A stretch of DNA of 64,000 nucleotides from Clostridia bacterium (GCA_045656865.1 JAZOSB010000007.1:8335-72334), one strand, 5' to 3'; counted from the stretch's first letter, positions 47,392-56,932 are shown. Numbers and translations: made by a program. The notes: generated from the letters alone by a model not told the origin.

Positions 47392-47820
47392 ATGCTTAAC
47401 AAGGTTATTTTGATGGGCAGATTTACTCGCGACCCCGAACTTCGCAGCACACCACAGGGAATCAGCACTTGCAGTTTTTCAATTGCGGTTGACCGTAACT
47501 TTGTCCGTCCGGGCGAAGAACGCAAGGCAGACTTTATTAACTGCGTTGCATGGAGACAGACTGCGGAGTTTATTTCCAAATACTTCAGAAAGGGCAGCAT
47601 GGTTGCTCTTGAGGGAAGTATTCAGACACGCTCTTGGGATGACCAGGACGGTAAGAAGCGTTATGCTACAGATGTTGTAGTAAATCAGGTCTATTTTGCT
47701 GAAAGTAAGAGAGATTCTCAGTCTGTTATGGGCGGAGATGATTTTGCTTCCGCAGGTGACTTCGGTTCGCTTCCCGAACCTATTTCTCCCATGGGTACAG
47801 ATGATGATTTACCATTCTAA
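47392..47820 (+). CDS. ssb: Single-stranded DNA-binding protein
   Basis: OB fold with acidic C-terminal tail DDDLPF. Confidence 0.9.
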   Translation: MLNKVILMGRFTRDPELRSTPQGISTCSFSIAVDRNFVRPGEERKADFINCVAWRQTAEFISKYFRKGSMVALEGSIQTRSWDDQDGKKRYATDVVVNQVYFAESKRDSQSVMGGDDFASAGDFGSLPEPISPMGTDDDLPF

Positions 47821-47868
47821 GGTAGATGGGATGTCATTCTCATATACTAATATAAGGAGGTTTTAGCC

Positions 47869-48120
47869 ATGATGGAAAAGGATAAGACAGAAAGACCTTT
47901 CAGAGCAAGAAAGCCTAAGAAAAAGGTTTGTCAGTTCTGTGTTGATAAGGTTTCTGATATCGATTACAAGGACGTTGCTAAGCTTCGTCGTTATGTTTCA
48001 GAGAGAGCAAAGATTCTTCCCAGAAGAATCACAGGCACATGTGCAAAGCATCAGCGTCAGCTTACAATTGCTATTAAGCGCGCTCGCCAGATTGCACTTC
48101 TTCCTTTCTCTGCTGAGTAA
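47869..48120 (+). CDS. rpsR: 30S ribosomal protein S18
   Basis: 83 aa; CxFC ... CAKHQRQL motifs. Confidence 0.95.
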   Translation: MMEKDKTERPFRARKPKKKVCQFCVDKVSDIDYKDVAKLRRYVSERAKILPRRITGTCAKHQRQLTIAIKRARQIALLPFSAE

Positions 48121-48128
48121 TAAGAGAT

Positions 48129-48168
48129 ACCCTTTTGGAATAGAAATATTCCGAAAGGGTGTTTTTTT
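48129..48168 (+). terminator. Terminator after rpsR; the stem overlaps the RBS of the next gene
   Basis: 14-bp stem ACCCTTTTGGAATA/TATTCCGAAAGGGT followed by GTTTTTTT, abutting the ATG at 48169. Confidence 0.6.
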
Positions 48169-48555
48169 ATGAAAAAATATTTGTTGCTTCTTATTATCTC
48201 GGTAGGCATAATTCTTCTATTCAGAATTTCTCAGGAAAAACCGCAGCCTGTCTTTTCTGAAATAGTCAGGCAGATGGGCTATGATGATGTTTCGGAAACC
48301 CCATACGAGGTGGTGGAATTTGAAATTCCTTTAAAGTTTAACAGCGTATGGGAAAACTATAACAATCTTTTGAAAGAAAAAGGCTACGACCTTACATTAT
48401 ACAAAGGAAAAAAGTGCAAACGCTATACCTATCTTATCCCTTCGGAAAATGCCCGTGCAAATATCATTGTATCCGAAGGAAAGATAATCGGCGGTGATAT
48501 TTCGAGCATTACATTGGATGGAATAATGATTCCAATAAAAAGTAGTGAAGAGTAA
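48169..48555 (+). CDS. Hypothetical secreted/membrane-anchored protein (DUF4830-like)
   Basis: N-terminal signal anchor; small conserved domain of unknown function. Confidence 0.45.
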   Translation: MKKYLLLLIISVGIILLFRISQEKPQPVFSEIVRQMGYDDVSETPYEVVEFEIPLKFNSVWENYNNLLKEKGYDLTLYKGKKCKRYTYLIPSENARANIIVSEGKIIGGDISSITLDGIMIPIKSSEE

Positions 48556-48603
48556 TTGAAATTTAAATTAAAATATGGTAAAATAGTGGTGAGGAGGGGT
48601 AGT

Positions 48604-49323
48604 ATGCGACTTGACAAGTTTGTGTCCGATGGTGCGGCAATGACAAGAAGCGAATCAAGAAAAGCCATAAAAAACGGCAGGGTTTCAGTTGAAAACTGGA
48701 TTGTCAAGGATATTGCTTTTCAGGTTGAGGAAAATACTAATGTCCTACTTGACGGCAGGGAAATATCGTATAGGGAATTTGTGTACATTATGCTTAATAA
48801 ACCTCGGGGATACGTCAGTGCAACAGAGGATAAAAAGCAAAAAACCGTTCTTGATTTGATTGATCCCTCATACAGCCGCTATCAGCTTTTTCCGGTGGGA
48901 AGACTGGATATTGATACTGAGGGTTTCCTGCTTCTTACAAATGACGGAGAGCTTGCTCACAATATGCTTTCTCCCAATAAAAATGTGGGAAAAACATATT
49001 TTCTCCGCCTTGAAAAACCAATAACCGACGAGAAAATAAAAGCACTTGAAACAGGTGTGGATATAGGCGAATGCATTACAAAACCTGCAAAAGCAGAAAG
49101 AATAAGTGAAAGTGAACTTAACCTTACAATAACGGAGGGGAAATTTCATCAGATAAAGCGTATGGCGAAAGCGGTAGACAATGAAGTCGTTTATCTTAAA
49201 AGGCTTTCTTATGGTGATTTTTATCTGGATAAGGCACTTAAAACAGGGGATTACAGAGCTCTTACAGAAAAAGAAACAAAATACTTGTGCAATGTTTACA
49301 AAAGAAAATCATTAAATTTGTGA
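48604..49323 (+). CDS. rsuA: rRNA pseudouridine synthase (RsuA/RluB family) with N-terminal S4 domain
   Basis: S4 RNA-binding domain (MRLDKFVSDGAAMTRSESRKAIKNGRV) and catalytic motif GRLDIDTEGFLLLTNDGEL; GAGGAGG RBS. Confidence 0.8.
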   Translation: MRLDKFVSDGAAMTRSESRKAIKNGRVSVENWIVKDIAFQVEENTNVLLDGREISYREFVYIMLNKPRGYVSATEDKKQKTVLDLIDPSYSRYQLFPVGRLDIDTEGFLLLTNDGELAHNMLSPNKNVGKTYFLRLEKPITDEKIKALETGVDIGECITKPAKAERISESELNLTITEGKFHQIKRMAKAVDNEVVYLKRLSYGDFYLDKALKTGDYRALTEKETKYLCNVYKRKSLNL

Positions 49324-49414
49324 AATGAAGGTATTTGAAAATATTAAATAATGTGTTACAATATAGACAATGTAAATTGATACGTTGCGTAATTTTTTTA
49401 GGAGGTCATTGAAA

Positions 49415-50521
49415 ATGGCAAGTTTACAGTTGAAAAACATCTATAAGAGATATTCCGGCGGCGTTACAGCTGTTACAGATTTCTGCCTGGATATCGCAGA
49501 TAAGGAGTTTGTTATCCTTGTTGGTCCTTCCGGTTGCGGTAAGTCCACAACACTCAGAATGATTGCAGGTCTGGAAGAAATCAGCGAAGGTGAACTTTAC
49601 ATAGGCGACAAGCTTATGAATGACGTAGCTCCCAAGGACAGAGATATTGCAATGGTTTTCCAGAACTATGCTCTTTATCCTCATATGACAGTATTTGAAA
49701 ATATGGCATTCGGTCTTAAGCTCAGAAAGACTCCTAAGGCTGAAATCAATAAGAGAGTTCATGAAGCTGCTCGTATCCTTGATATCGAACATCTTCTTGA
49801 AAGAAAGCCCAAGGCTCTTTCCGGTGGTCAGCGTCAGCGTGTAGCACTTGGTCGTGCTATCGTTCGTGAACCCAAGGTATTCCTTATGGACGAACCTCTT
49901 TCTAACCTCGATGCTAAGCTTCGTGTACAGATGAGATCTGAGATTTCCAAGCTTCATCAGAGACTTCAGACAACATTCATCTACGTTACTCATGACCAGA
50001 CAGAAGCTCTTACAATGGGTACAAGAATCGTTGTTATGAAAGATGGTATCATGCAGCAGGTTGATACTCCCTCCGAGCTTTATATGCATCCTGTTAATAT
50101 GTTCGTTGCAGGCTTCATCGGTTCTCCCCAGATGAACTTCTGTGATGCAGTAATTGCTAATGAAAATGGTAACATCTGCGTTAAATTCGGTTCAAACACA
50201 ATTAAGCTTACAGCTGAAAAAGCTGCAAAGGCTGAAAAGTATATTGGCCAGACAGTTGTTATGGGTATCCGTCCTGAAGACCTCTATGATGATGCAGATT
50301 CTCTTGAAAAATATGCAGACAGCAAGGTAGAGGCTTCTGTTGAAGTAACTGAAATGATGGGTGCTGAAACATATCTTTACCTTGTAATTGACGGTATGAA
50401 CTTTGTAGCTCGTGTTAAGGCTGACAGTGATGCTAAGATTGATACAAAAATTAGCCTTGCTATCGACCCCGAAAAGATTCACATCTTCGACAAGGAAACA
50501 GAGCAGGTTATCACAAACTAA
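49415..50521 (+). CDS. Sugar-type ABC transporter ATP-binding protein (MalK/UgpC/MsmX-like), apparently orphan
   Basis: Walker A GPSGCGKST, signature LSGGQRQRV, Walker B FLMDEPLSNLD, C-terminal TOBE/MalK regulatory domain; no permease or SBP gene adjacent. Confidence 0.9.
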   Translation: MASLQLKNIYKRYSGGVTAVTDFCLDIADKEFVILVGPSGCGKSTTLRMIAGLEEISEGELYIGDKLMNDVAPKDRDIAMVFQNYALYPHMTVFENMAFGLKLRKTPKAEINKRVHEAARILDIEHLLERKPKALSGGQRQRVALGRAIVREPKVFLMDEPLSNLDAKLRVQMRSEISKLHQRLQTTFIYVTHDQTEALTMGTRIVVMKDGIMQQVDTPSELYMHPVNMFVAGFIGSPQMNFCDAVIANENGNICVKFGSNTIKLTAEKAAKAEKYIGQTVVMGIRPEDLYDDADSLEKYADSKVEASVEVTEMMGAETYLYLVIDGMNFVARVKADSDAKIDTKISLAIDPEKIHIFDKETEQVITN

Positions 50522-50534
50522 TCATAAAATTTTT

Positions 50535-50567
50535 AAAGGCCGCTTCGAAAGAAGCGGTCTTTTTTGC
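50535..50567 (+). terminator. Rho-independent terminator after the ABC ATPase gene
   Basis: AGGCCGCTTC-gaaa-GAAGCGGTCT followed by TTTTTTGCATTTTTT. Confidence 0.65.
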
Positions 50568-50758
50568 ATTTTTTCAGACCTTTTACAAATAATAAAGAAA
50601 AATATTTGAAAGGCTGATAAAAATGCAAAAAGATACACCGCTTACAAACGATACAATATCCTCCGAGAGTGTTTTGGGTGAAAATATGGAGCTACTCATT
50701 CTGCACAAGGCATATCTTGATTTAACAGAGAACGACGAAGAAAAGGAGGGACAGGAAA

Positions 50759-51616
50759 ATGCCGGTAAGAACTGACCTTGCCCTTGAATTAAGAGAGATG
50801 TTTGCCGAAGAAATTGTGGGGGTAGAAAGCCTTGCCCACGACAATGACGGCATAACAGTAACCCATGTAAAAATAACAACTGACGAAGGCGCAGAAAAAA
50901 TAGGCAAGCCCAAGGGACGCTATGTGACAATTGAAATAGACAGAACAATTTTTGAAAATGATGATGTTTTTGACCGTGGCGCAAAAGCAGTAGGGGATGA
51001 GCTTAAGAAACTGCTGTCACCTATGGATTTATCCTCCGTTCTCATCGTGGGGCTTGGGAACAGATATATTACCCCCGATTCTATAGGACCGAAAACCGTC
51101 AGTAAGGTTACAGTAACCCGTCATATCACAAAAGAGGGTGGTGCAGGCTACGATTTCAGCATCCGACCGATAAGTGCCATTGCCCCAGGCGTGCTTGGCA
51201 TAACAGGCATTGAAACAGGGGAGATAGTGCAGGGGGTCAAAGAAAAATCAAACCCATCACTCATTATTGCAGTGGACGCTCTTGCAGCAAGAAATATAGG
51301 AAGACTTGGCACAACTGTTCAGCTTTCCGACACAGGAATTTGTCCGGGTAGCGGAGTGGGGAATAACAGGAAGGAGCTTACCGAGAAAACCATGGGAATC
51401 CCTGTCATTGCAATCGGAGTGCCTATGGTAGTGGATGCGGTAACACTTGTTTCGGATATGCTGGAAGCAATGTCAGAAAACAGCAGGGAAAAGCTTTCAG
51501 AAAATATCTCAAGACAAAACCAGAATATGATAGTAACCCCAAATGATGTTGACAGTATAAGCGAAAAGATTTCAGATATAATCTCCGAGGGGATAAATAT
51601 GGCACTTCTTTCTTGA
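50759..51616 (+). CDS. gpr: Germination protease (spore protease, GPR endopeptidase)
   Basis: GPR family N-terminus VRTDLALE and conserved core; AAAGGAGGG RBS. Confidence 0.9.
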   Translation: MPVRTDLALELREMFAEEIVGVESLAHDNDGITVTHVKITTDEGAEKIGKPKGRYVTIEIDRTIFENDDVFDRGAKAVGDELKKLLSPMDLSSVLIVGLGNRYITPDSIGPKTVSKVTVTRHITKEGGAGYDFSIRPISAIAPGVLGITGIETGEIVQGVKEKSNPSLIIAVDALAARNIGRLGTTVQLSDTGICPGSGVGNNRKELTEKTMGIPVIAIGVPMVVDAVTLVSDMLEAMSENSREKLSENISRQNQNMIVTPNDVDSISEKISDIISEGINMALLS

Positions 51617-51641
51617 AAAACCCCCTCCTGTATGGTAAAAT
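51613..51641 (+). promoter_or_regulatory. Putative sigma-A promoter of the XRE/S24 regulator gene
   Basis: TTGAAA-17 nt-TAAAAT with TG at -15/-14; overlaps the gpr stop. Confidence 0.5.
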
Positions 51642-51674
51642 ATTCATAGACATATTCCAATAAGGGGTGTTTTT

Positions 51675-52301
51675 ATGAGTATGATAGGACTGCATCTTAG
51701 AAATATAAGGAAGTATTCGGGGCTTACCCCTGAAAGCTTCGCCAAAGTATTGGGCGTTGGAATAACTACCGTTAAAAATATTGAAACAGGGTATCTTCCT
51801 GCACCTGATATGAAATTTATAGAAAAGGTATGCGAAGTTTTCGCCGTTTCAGTGGAGGAATTGACCAATTCCGTATCCCCCTGTGTTGGCGAAAGCTCTA
51901 AGATTATTCATATCGCTGAATATATTAGCTGTGAAAAACCATTTCTTCAGCCTGAACTGGTAGTTGATAGTATGTTCCTTAACCGTGACGAGCTTCGTGG
52001 ATATGAATATATAGGAATAAAAATGAAAGATATGTCTATGATTGATTCTCACATCTGCCCCGGTGACAATGTTATTATCCGTATGGGCGATGCTGTAAAA
52101 AACGGTGATAAGGTCGCCTGCGTTTTTAAGGGTACGGACAGCCTTATCAGGCGTGTGTATATAAATGGTAACGAGATAGTCCTCAAGGCGAGTAATGCAA
52201 GCGGTCTTTATCCCGATATCAGGCTTGATAAGGAAAAGGATGAGTTTCGCATAATAGGTAAAGTAACCAACTGGATGCACAATGATGAAGAAAATCACTA
52301 A
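51675..52301 (+). CDS. XRE-family HTH transcriptional regulator with C-terminal S24 (LexA/CI-like) peptidase domain
   Basis: N-terminal HTH_XRE (LRNIRKYSGLTPESFAKVLGVGITTVKNIETG) and C-terminal S24 domain with the conserved Ser (KDMSM aligned to GDSM); by-eye alignment places Arg where the catalytic Lys is expected, and there is no Ala-Gly in the linker. Confidence 0.75.
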   Translation: MSMIGLHLRNIRKYSGLTPESFAKVLGVGITTVKNIETGYLPAPDMKFIEKVCEVFAVSVEELTNSVSPCVGESSKIIHIAEYISCEKPFLQPELVVDSMFLNRDELRGYEYIGIKMKDMSMIDSHICPGDNVIIRMGDAVKNGDKVACVFKGTDSLIRRVYINGNEIVLKASNASGLYPDIRLDKEKDEFRIIGKVTNWMHNDEENH

Positions 52302-52397
52302 ATTGAAAAATCTTGCTTGATTTTTAGGGTAAATAGTAATATACTGTAGTGTGGACGTGTTTTTTACGCGTGGAATCAAAAAGAGAGGAAGCATTTT

Positions 52398-53570
52398 ATG
52401 ATATACTTGGACAATGCTGCCACAACAAAAATGAAAGACAGCGTTATAGAGACTATGCTGCCCTACTTTTCTGAAACTTTCGGAAATGCATCGTCAACAT
52501 ATACTTCAGCCGGTCAGGCGGCGAGGAAGGCTCTTACAGAAGCTCGCGGTAAGGTTGCATCTGCAATCGGTGCAGAAGAAAAGGAAATCTTTTTCACAAG
52601 CGGCGGAAGTGAGGCTGACAACTGGGCGATAAAGGGTGTAGCGCTTAAAAATAAAGATAAGGGAAACCACATTATAACAACAACGGTTGAGCATCACGCG
52701 GTACTTCATACCTGCGAATTCCTCGAAAAGCAGGGATTTAAGGTAACTTATGTTCCTGTTGATGAATTTGGTATGGTGAACCCGAAAGATATTGAAAATG
52801 CAATCACAGATGAAACAATTCTCGTTTCTGTAATGTTTGCCAATAACGAAATAGGCACAATTAACCCTATTAAGGAAATCGGTGCTATCTGCCGTGAAAA
52901 GGGCGTGTATTTCCATACTGATGCGGTGCAGGCGGCAGGTGCCGTTCCCATTGATGTAAAGGAAATGAATATTGACCTCCTTTCTATGTCTGCACATAAG
53001 TTCCATGGTCCCAAGGGTGTAGGTGCCCTTTATATCCGCAGGGGAGTGAAGCTTGAAAATCTTCTCCACGGCGGTGCGCAGGAGCTTGGAAGACGCGCTA
53101 CAACTGAAAATGTTGCAGGTATAGTCGGTATGGCACAAGCTCTTACCGAGGCAGTAGACGATATGGCAGAAAAGACTAAGAAACTTGTAAAACTCCGTGA
53201 CAGAATAATTGGCGGAATACTTGAAACTGTTCCCTATACCCGTCTTAACGGACACAGAACAGAAAGACTCCCCAATAATACAAGCTTCTGCTTCAGATAT
53301 ATTGAGGGTGAGAGCTTGCTTTTAAGCCTTGATATGATGGGTTATGTAGTGTCAAGCGGTAGTGCCTGCACATCAGGCTCCCTTGACCCGTCGCACGTTC
53401 TGTTGGGCATAGGACTTCCACACGAAATTGCGCATGGGTCACTCCGTGCATCACTTTCGGAATTCACTACGGAAGAAGAAGTTGACTCCTTTATAAAAGC
53501 GGTAGGGCCTATCGTGCAAAGGCTTCGTGATATGTCACCTCTTTATGAAGGTGTAGAAGGAAAGGAATGA
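52398..53570 (+). CDS. nifS: Cysteine desulfurase
   Basis: Class V aminotransferase; PLP lysine motif SAHKFHGPKG; catalytic Cys loop SSGSACTS. Confidence 0.9.
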   Translation: MIYLDNAATTKMKDSVIETMLPYFSETFGNASSTYTSAGQAARKALTEARGKVASAIGAEEKEIFFTSGGSEADNWAIKGVALKNKDKGNHIITTTVEHHAVLHTCEFLEKQGFKVTYVPVDEFGMVNPKDIENAITDETILVSVMFANNEIGTINPIKEIGAICREKGVYFHTDAVQAAGAVPIDVKEMNIDLLSMSAHKFHGPKGVGALYIRRGVKLENLLHGGAQELGRRATTENVAGIVGMAQALTEAVDDMAEKTKKLVKLRDRIIGGILETVPYTRLNGHRTERLPNNTSFCFRYIEGESLLLSLDMMGYVVSSGSACTSGSLDPSHVLLGIGLPHEIAHGSLRASLSEFTTEEEVDSFIKAVGPIVQRLRDMSPLYEGVEGKE

Positions 53571-53575
53571 TATAA

Positions 53576-54001
53576 ATGTATAGCGAGAAAGTAATGGACC
53601 ATTTCTCCAATCCCAGAAATGTAGGAGAAATTGCCGATGCAAATGCAGTAGGAACTGTTGGCAATGCAAAGTGTGGCGACATTATGAAAATATATATGAA
53701 GATTGAAGATGACATCATAACAGATGTTAAGTTCAAGACCTTCGGTTGCGGTGCAGCGGTTGCAACAAGCTCTATGGCTACCGAGCTTGTAAAGGGTAAG
53801 ACGGTGGATGAAGCACTTCAGCTCACTAACAAAGCCGTTGTAGAGGCTCTTGAGGGACTTCCGCCTGCAAAACTTCATTGCAGTGTTCTTGCGGAAGAGG
53901 CTATCAAGGCAGCTATTCAGGACTATTACGACAAGAGCGGTATTGAAAAGAAAATTGAGTGCAGCGGAGATTGCGCTCACTGTCACGCACATCACGAATA
54001 A
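53576..54001 (+). CDS. nifU: Fe-S cluster assembly scaffold protein NifU/IscU-like
   Basis: Three conserved Cys (GNAKCGD, FGCGAAVA, LHCSVLAEE); 141 aa. Confidence 0.9.
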   Translation: MYSEKVMDHFSNPRNVGEIADANAVGTVGNAKCGDIMKIYMKIEDDIITDVKFKTFGCGAAVATSSMATELVKGKTVDEALQLTNKAVVEALEGLPPAKLHCSVLAEEAIKAAIQDYYDKSGIEKKIECSGDCAHCHAHHE

Positions 54002-54002
54002 G

Positions 54003-54032
54003 CAAAAAAGGAATCGCGAGATTCCTTTTTTT
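54003..54032. terminator. Bidirectional terminator between nifU and spoIIP
   Basis: AAAAAGGAATC-gcga-GATTCCTTTTT. Confidence 0.65.
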
Positions 54033-55140
54033 ACTTATTCTTTTCTATAAAATCAGCAAGTGACACGGCAAAATATCTTGCACCTAAAATTGCTTCGTCA
54101 AGAGTGTTGGCATTTGTGCCCACCTCTACAATGATTCCCCCCGGGGCAAGCTGTTGGTTAAAGCGCTGACTCCTGAAATTTATAGGACGGCATAAATCGG
54201 GGTAGAGGGAAAGCGTGTGCTTTTGGAGGCTTGCCGCAAAGCTCATATTTTCTTTCCAATTATTATGCGTCAGTCCGCTTAAATCACTGCCCACAACAAA
54301 CATTATTTTAGCGACAGACTCTCCGTTTATGGTGGTGGAATATTTTACTTTTTTGCCGTTTTTATCTACTATTGCATCACGGTGTACATCAAGAACTATT
54401 TTTATGCTTTTGTCGTTTTTTATATGATTTTCAATTGCTTTTGCACTTTTATTGTAGCTACCGCTGTAGCTTGGATAATCGTTTACGGTAGTATCGTGAT
54501 AAACCTTGATTCCCTTTAAAGTCAGGACTTTCTCAATTTCGTCACCGACAGCTACCATGTTGTAGCGTTTATCACGTGTGCGGTCTGTATCGGTAGGTGT
54601 ATAGTTGTATTTTTCGGATGGAGTATAGCTTTCGGTGGTATGGGTGTGTACAATAAGCACAGAAAAGTCCTCTTTCAGAAATGCGGGTGAGACTGAAAGA
54701 AAATCTTGGGGATTTACGGAAAAGTCTGTGGAATTATTTATTTTGACCTCGGTATTGGGGTTTGAAACGGCAGGAGTACTGATGTTTTGTGCCGTAGTAT
54801 TGTTTTCTTCAGCAGGTGTGTTTTCTGTTTCAGCTTCTTTTTCTACTAATGCAAAAGCCCCGACCGACGAGAGCGGTGTGCTTTTATATGCTAAATTGGA
54901 AGAAAGAAGAAGTCTTACCGAGTCATCAGTTAACGAAAGCGGGGGAAGATGCGAGGAAAGCGATACACTCAGGCATATAACGGATAAAAATGAGCATAAT
55001 AAGATAAACAATCTGGCAGATTTTAAATTTATGGTAATTACGGAAGTTTTTTTCAAAAAAATCAACTCTTTTCTCTTAATATATATTGATTTTTTTGGAA
55101 ATTTATGCGATAATATATTGGCAATGGTGTGCCATGGCAC
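54031..55140 (-). CDS. spoIIP: Stage II sporulation protein P (SpoIIP)
   Basis: C-terminal SpoIIP domain (VLIVHTHTTESY ... LDVHRDA ... IVEVGTNANTLDEA) similar to cell wall amidases; the ORF track start is a GTG, and an in-frame TTG at 55056 with a purine-rich RBS would give an MKKTSVITINL signal anchor; exact start uncertain. Confidence 0.8.
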   Translation of the reverse strand: MPWHTIANILSHKFPKKSIYIKRKELIFLKKTSVITINLKSARLFILLCSFLSVICLSVSLSSHLPPLSLTDDSVRLLLSSNLAYKSTPLSSVGAFALVEKEAETENTPAEENNTTAQNISTPAVSNPNTEVKINNSTDFSVNPQDFLSVSPAFLKEDFSVLIVHTHTTESYTPSEKYNYTPTDTDRTRDKRYNMVAVGDEIEKVLTLKGIKVYHDTTVNDYPSYSGSYNKSAKAIENHIKNDKSIKIVLDVHRDAIVDKNGKKVKYSTTINGESVAKIMFVVGSDLSGLTHNNWKENMSFAASLQKHTLSLYPDLCRPINFRSQRFNQQLAPGGIIVEVGTNANTLDEAILGARYFAVSLADFIEKNK

Positions 55141-55223
55141 ATTTTAATTGTCTGTTATGCGACTTATCAGCTCGCGGTAAGGGGAACGCATTTAATTATG
55201 TGGGCAGAAAGGCTTTGTGATTT

Positions 55224-56087
55224 ATGTTAGTATCAGCAAAAGAGATGTTGGAAAAGGCTCGTGCAGGGCATTATGCAGTAGGTCAGTTTAATATCAATAA
55301 CCTTGAATGGACCAAGGCTATTCTTCTTACAGCACAGGAGCTTAACTCTCCCGTTATCCTTGGCGTAAGTGAGGGTGCAGGTAAGTATATGACAGGTTAC
55401 AAGACTATCGTTGGTATGGTTAACGGTATGATTGAGGAACTTGACATTACTGTTCCCGTTGCTCTTCATCTTGACCACGGTAGCTATGATGCAGCAATGA
55501 AATGTATTGAAGCAGGCTTCTCCTCCGTTATGTTTGACGGAAGCCACTACCCCATTGAGGAAAATGTTCAGAAAACTACTGAACTTGTAAATATCTGTGC
55601 AGAAAAGGGACTCAGCCTTGAGGCAGAGGTTGGTGCAATCGGCGGCGAGGAAGACGGCGTTGTAGGTGCAGGCGATATCGCAGACCCTAATGAGTGTAAG
55701 ACAATTGCAGACCTCGGCGTAACAATGCTTGCTGCAGGTATCGGTAATATCCACGGTAAGTATCCTGCTAACTGGAAGGGACTTGCTTTCGATGCTCTTG
55801 AAAAAATCAGCGAAGCAACAGGAAGCATTCCGCTTGTTCTTCACGGCGGTACAGGTATCCCTGCTGAAATGATTAAGAAGGCAATCAGTCTCGGCGTTGC
55901 AAAGATTAATGTAAATACAGAGTGTCAGCTTGCGTTTACTGCAGCTACAAGAAAATATATTGAAGAGGGTAAAGACCTTGAGGGTAAAGGTTTCGACCCC
56001 AGAAAGGTTCTTGCTCCCGGTGTGGAAGCTATCAAGGCTACCGTTAAGGAGAAAATGGAGCTTTTCGGCAGCGTAAATAAGGCATAG
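55224..56087 (+). CDS. fba: Fructose-bisphosphate aldolase class II
   Basis: Class II FBA motifs (PVALHLDHG, GNIHGKY, LVLHGGTG). Confidence 0.9.
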   Translation: MLVSAKEMLEKARAGHYAVGQFNINNLEWTKAILLTAQELNSPVILGVSEGAGKYMTGYKTIVGMVNGMIEELDITVPVALHLDHGSYDAAMKCIEAGFSSVMFDGSHYPIEENVQKTTELVNICAEKGLSLEAEVGAIGGEEDGVVGAGDIADPNECKTIADLGVTMLAAGIGNIHGKYPANWKGLAFDALEKISEATGSIPLVLHGGTGIPAEMIKKAISLGVAKINVNTECQLAFTAATRKYIEEGKDLEGKGFDPRKVLAPGVEAIKATVKEKMELFGSVNKA

Positions 56088-56091
56088 GACG

Positions 56092-56125
56092 ACAGGGGAA
56101 ACAATGTTTCCCCTGTTCCATTTAA
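56092..56125 (+). terminator. Terminator hairpin after fba
   Basis: ACAGGGGAAACA/TGTTTCCCCTGT inverted repeat followed by TCCATTT. Confidence 0.5.
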
Positions 56126-56183
56126 AAATAAGGCAGAGTGCGGAGATTATGGAGATAGCTCTGTCTATAAGACGAGGGAATTT

Positions 56184-56816
56184 ATGAACAAAAAAACTAT
56201 TCTTTCCAAGCAGGCACTTAAAAGGTTGCCGGTGTATATGTCATATCTCAAATCTCTTGATACACAGCAGGTGGAGTACATATCTTCATCTACTGTTGCA
56301 GAGGCTCTTGATATGAATGATGTTCAGGTAAGAAAGGATTTAGCGGCAGTATGCAAGACTGCCGGCATACCGAAAAAGGGATTTGTTGTCCGCGACCTTA
56401 TCGGCGGTATTTCCGACTTTCTCGGTTACAGTCAGGGAAATGACGCAATTCTTATCGGTGCAGGAAACTTGGGAATGGCACTTATGAGCTACCGCGGATT
56501 TGACAATTACGGTATCAATATTGTTGCCGCATTTGACAGCCGTCCTGAGGTAATTGACAATGAAAAGATTTTTGATATTTCCCGCCTTGACGAAATCTGT
56601 AAAAAGCTTAATGTCAAAATAGGTATCATTACCGTACCCGATACTGCTGCACAAAAGGTATGCAACCTCCTTGTGAAAAGCGGAATTCTTGCAATATGGA
56701 ATTTTGCCCCCACTCATATAAAGGCGTCCGAAGAAATACTTGTACAAAATGAAAATATGGCATCTTCTCTGGCACTTCTTTCAAACCATCTAAGGAAAAA
56801 GATGTTAGGTGAATGA
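56184..56816 (+). CDS. rex: Redox-sensing transcriptional repressor Rex
   Basis: Winged-helix N-terminus plus Rossmann NADH-binding domain (ILIGAGNLG); 210 aa. Confidence 0.9.
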   Translation: MNKKTILSKQALKRLPVYMSYLKSLDTQQVEYISSSTVAEALDMNDVQVRKDLAAVCKTAGIPKKGFVVRDLIGGISDFLGYSQGNDAILIGAGNLGMALMSYRGFDNYGINIVAAFDSRPEVIDNEKIFDISRLDEICKKLNVKIGIITVPDTAAQKVCNLLVKSGILAIWNFAPTHIKASEEILVQNENMASSLALLSNHLRKKMLGE

Positions 56817-56818
56817 TT

Positions 56819-56849
56819 AAAAACACCCCAACAAATCAGGGGTGTTTTT
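56819..56849 (+). terminator. Rho-independent terminator after rex
   Basis: AAAAACACCCC-aacaaatca-GGGGTGTTTTT. Confidence 0.65.
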
Positions 56850-56932
56850 AATATATATATAATTTTGTGTAAAATTGGCTAAAATATTGTCAAAAATTAT
56901 CTCTTTTTTTGGTTAAATTTCCCTTAAACCGT

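Noticed and set aside
51675-52301. Canonical SOS repressor LexA
   Set aside because: The N-terminal domain is an XRE-type HTH rather than the LexA winged helix. The linker has no Ala-Gly site, and the expected catalytic Lys aligns to Arg. It was annotated as an XRE/S24-family regulator instead.
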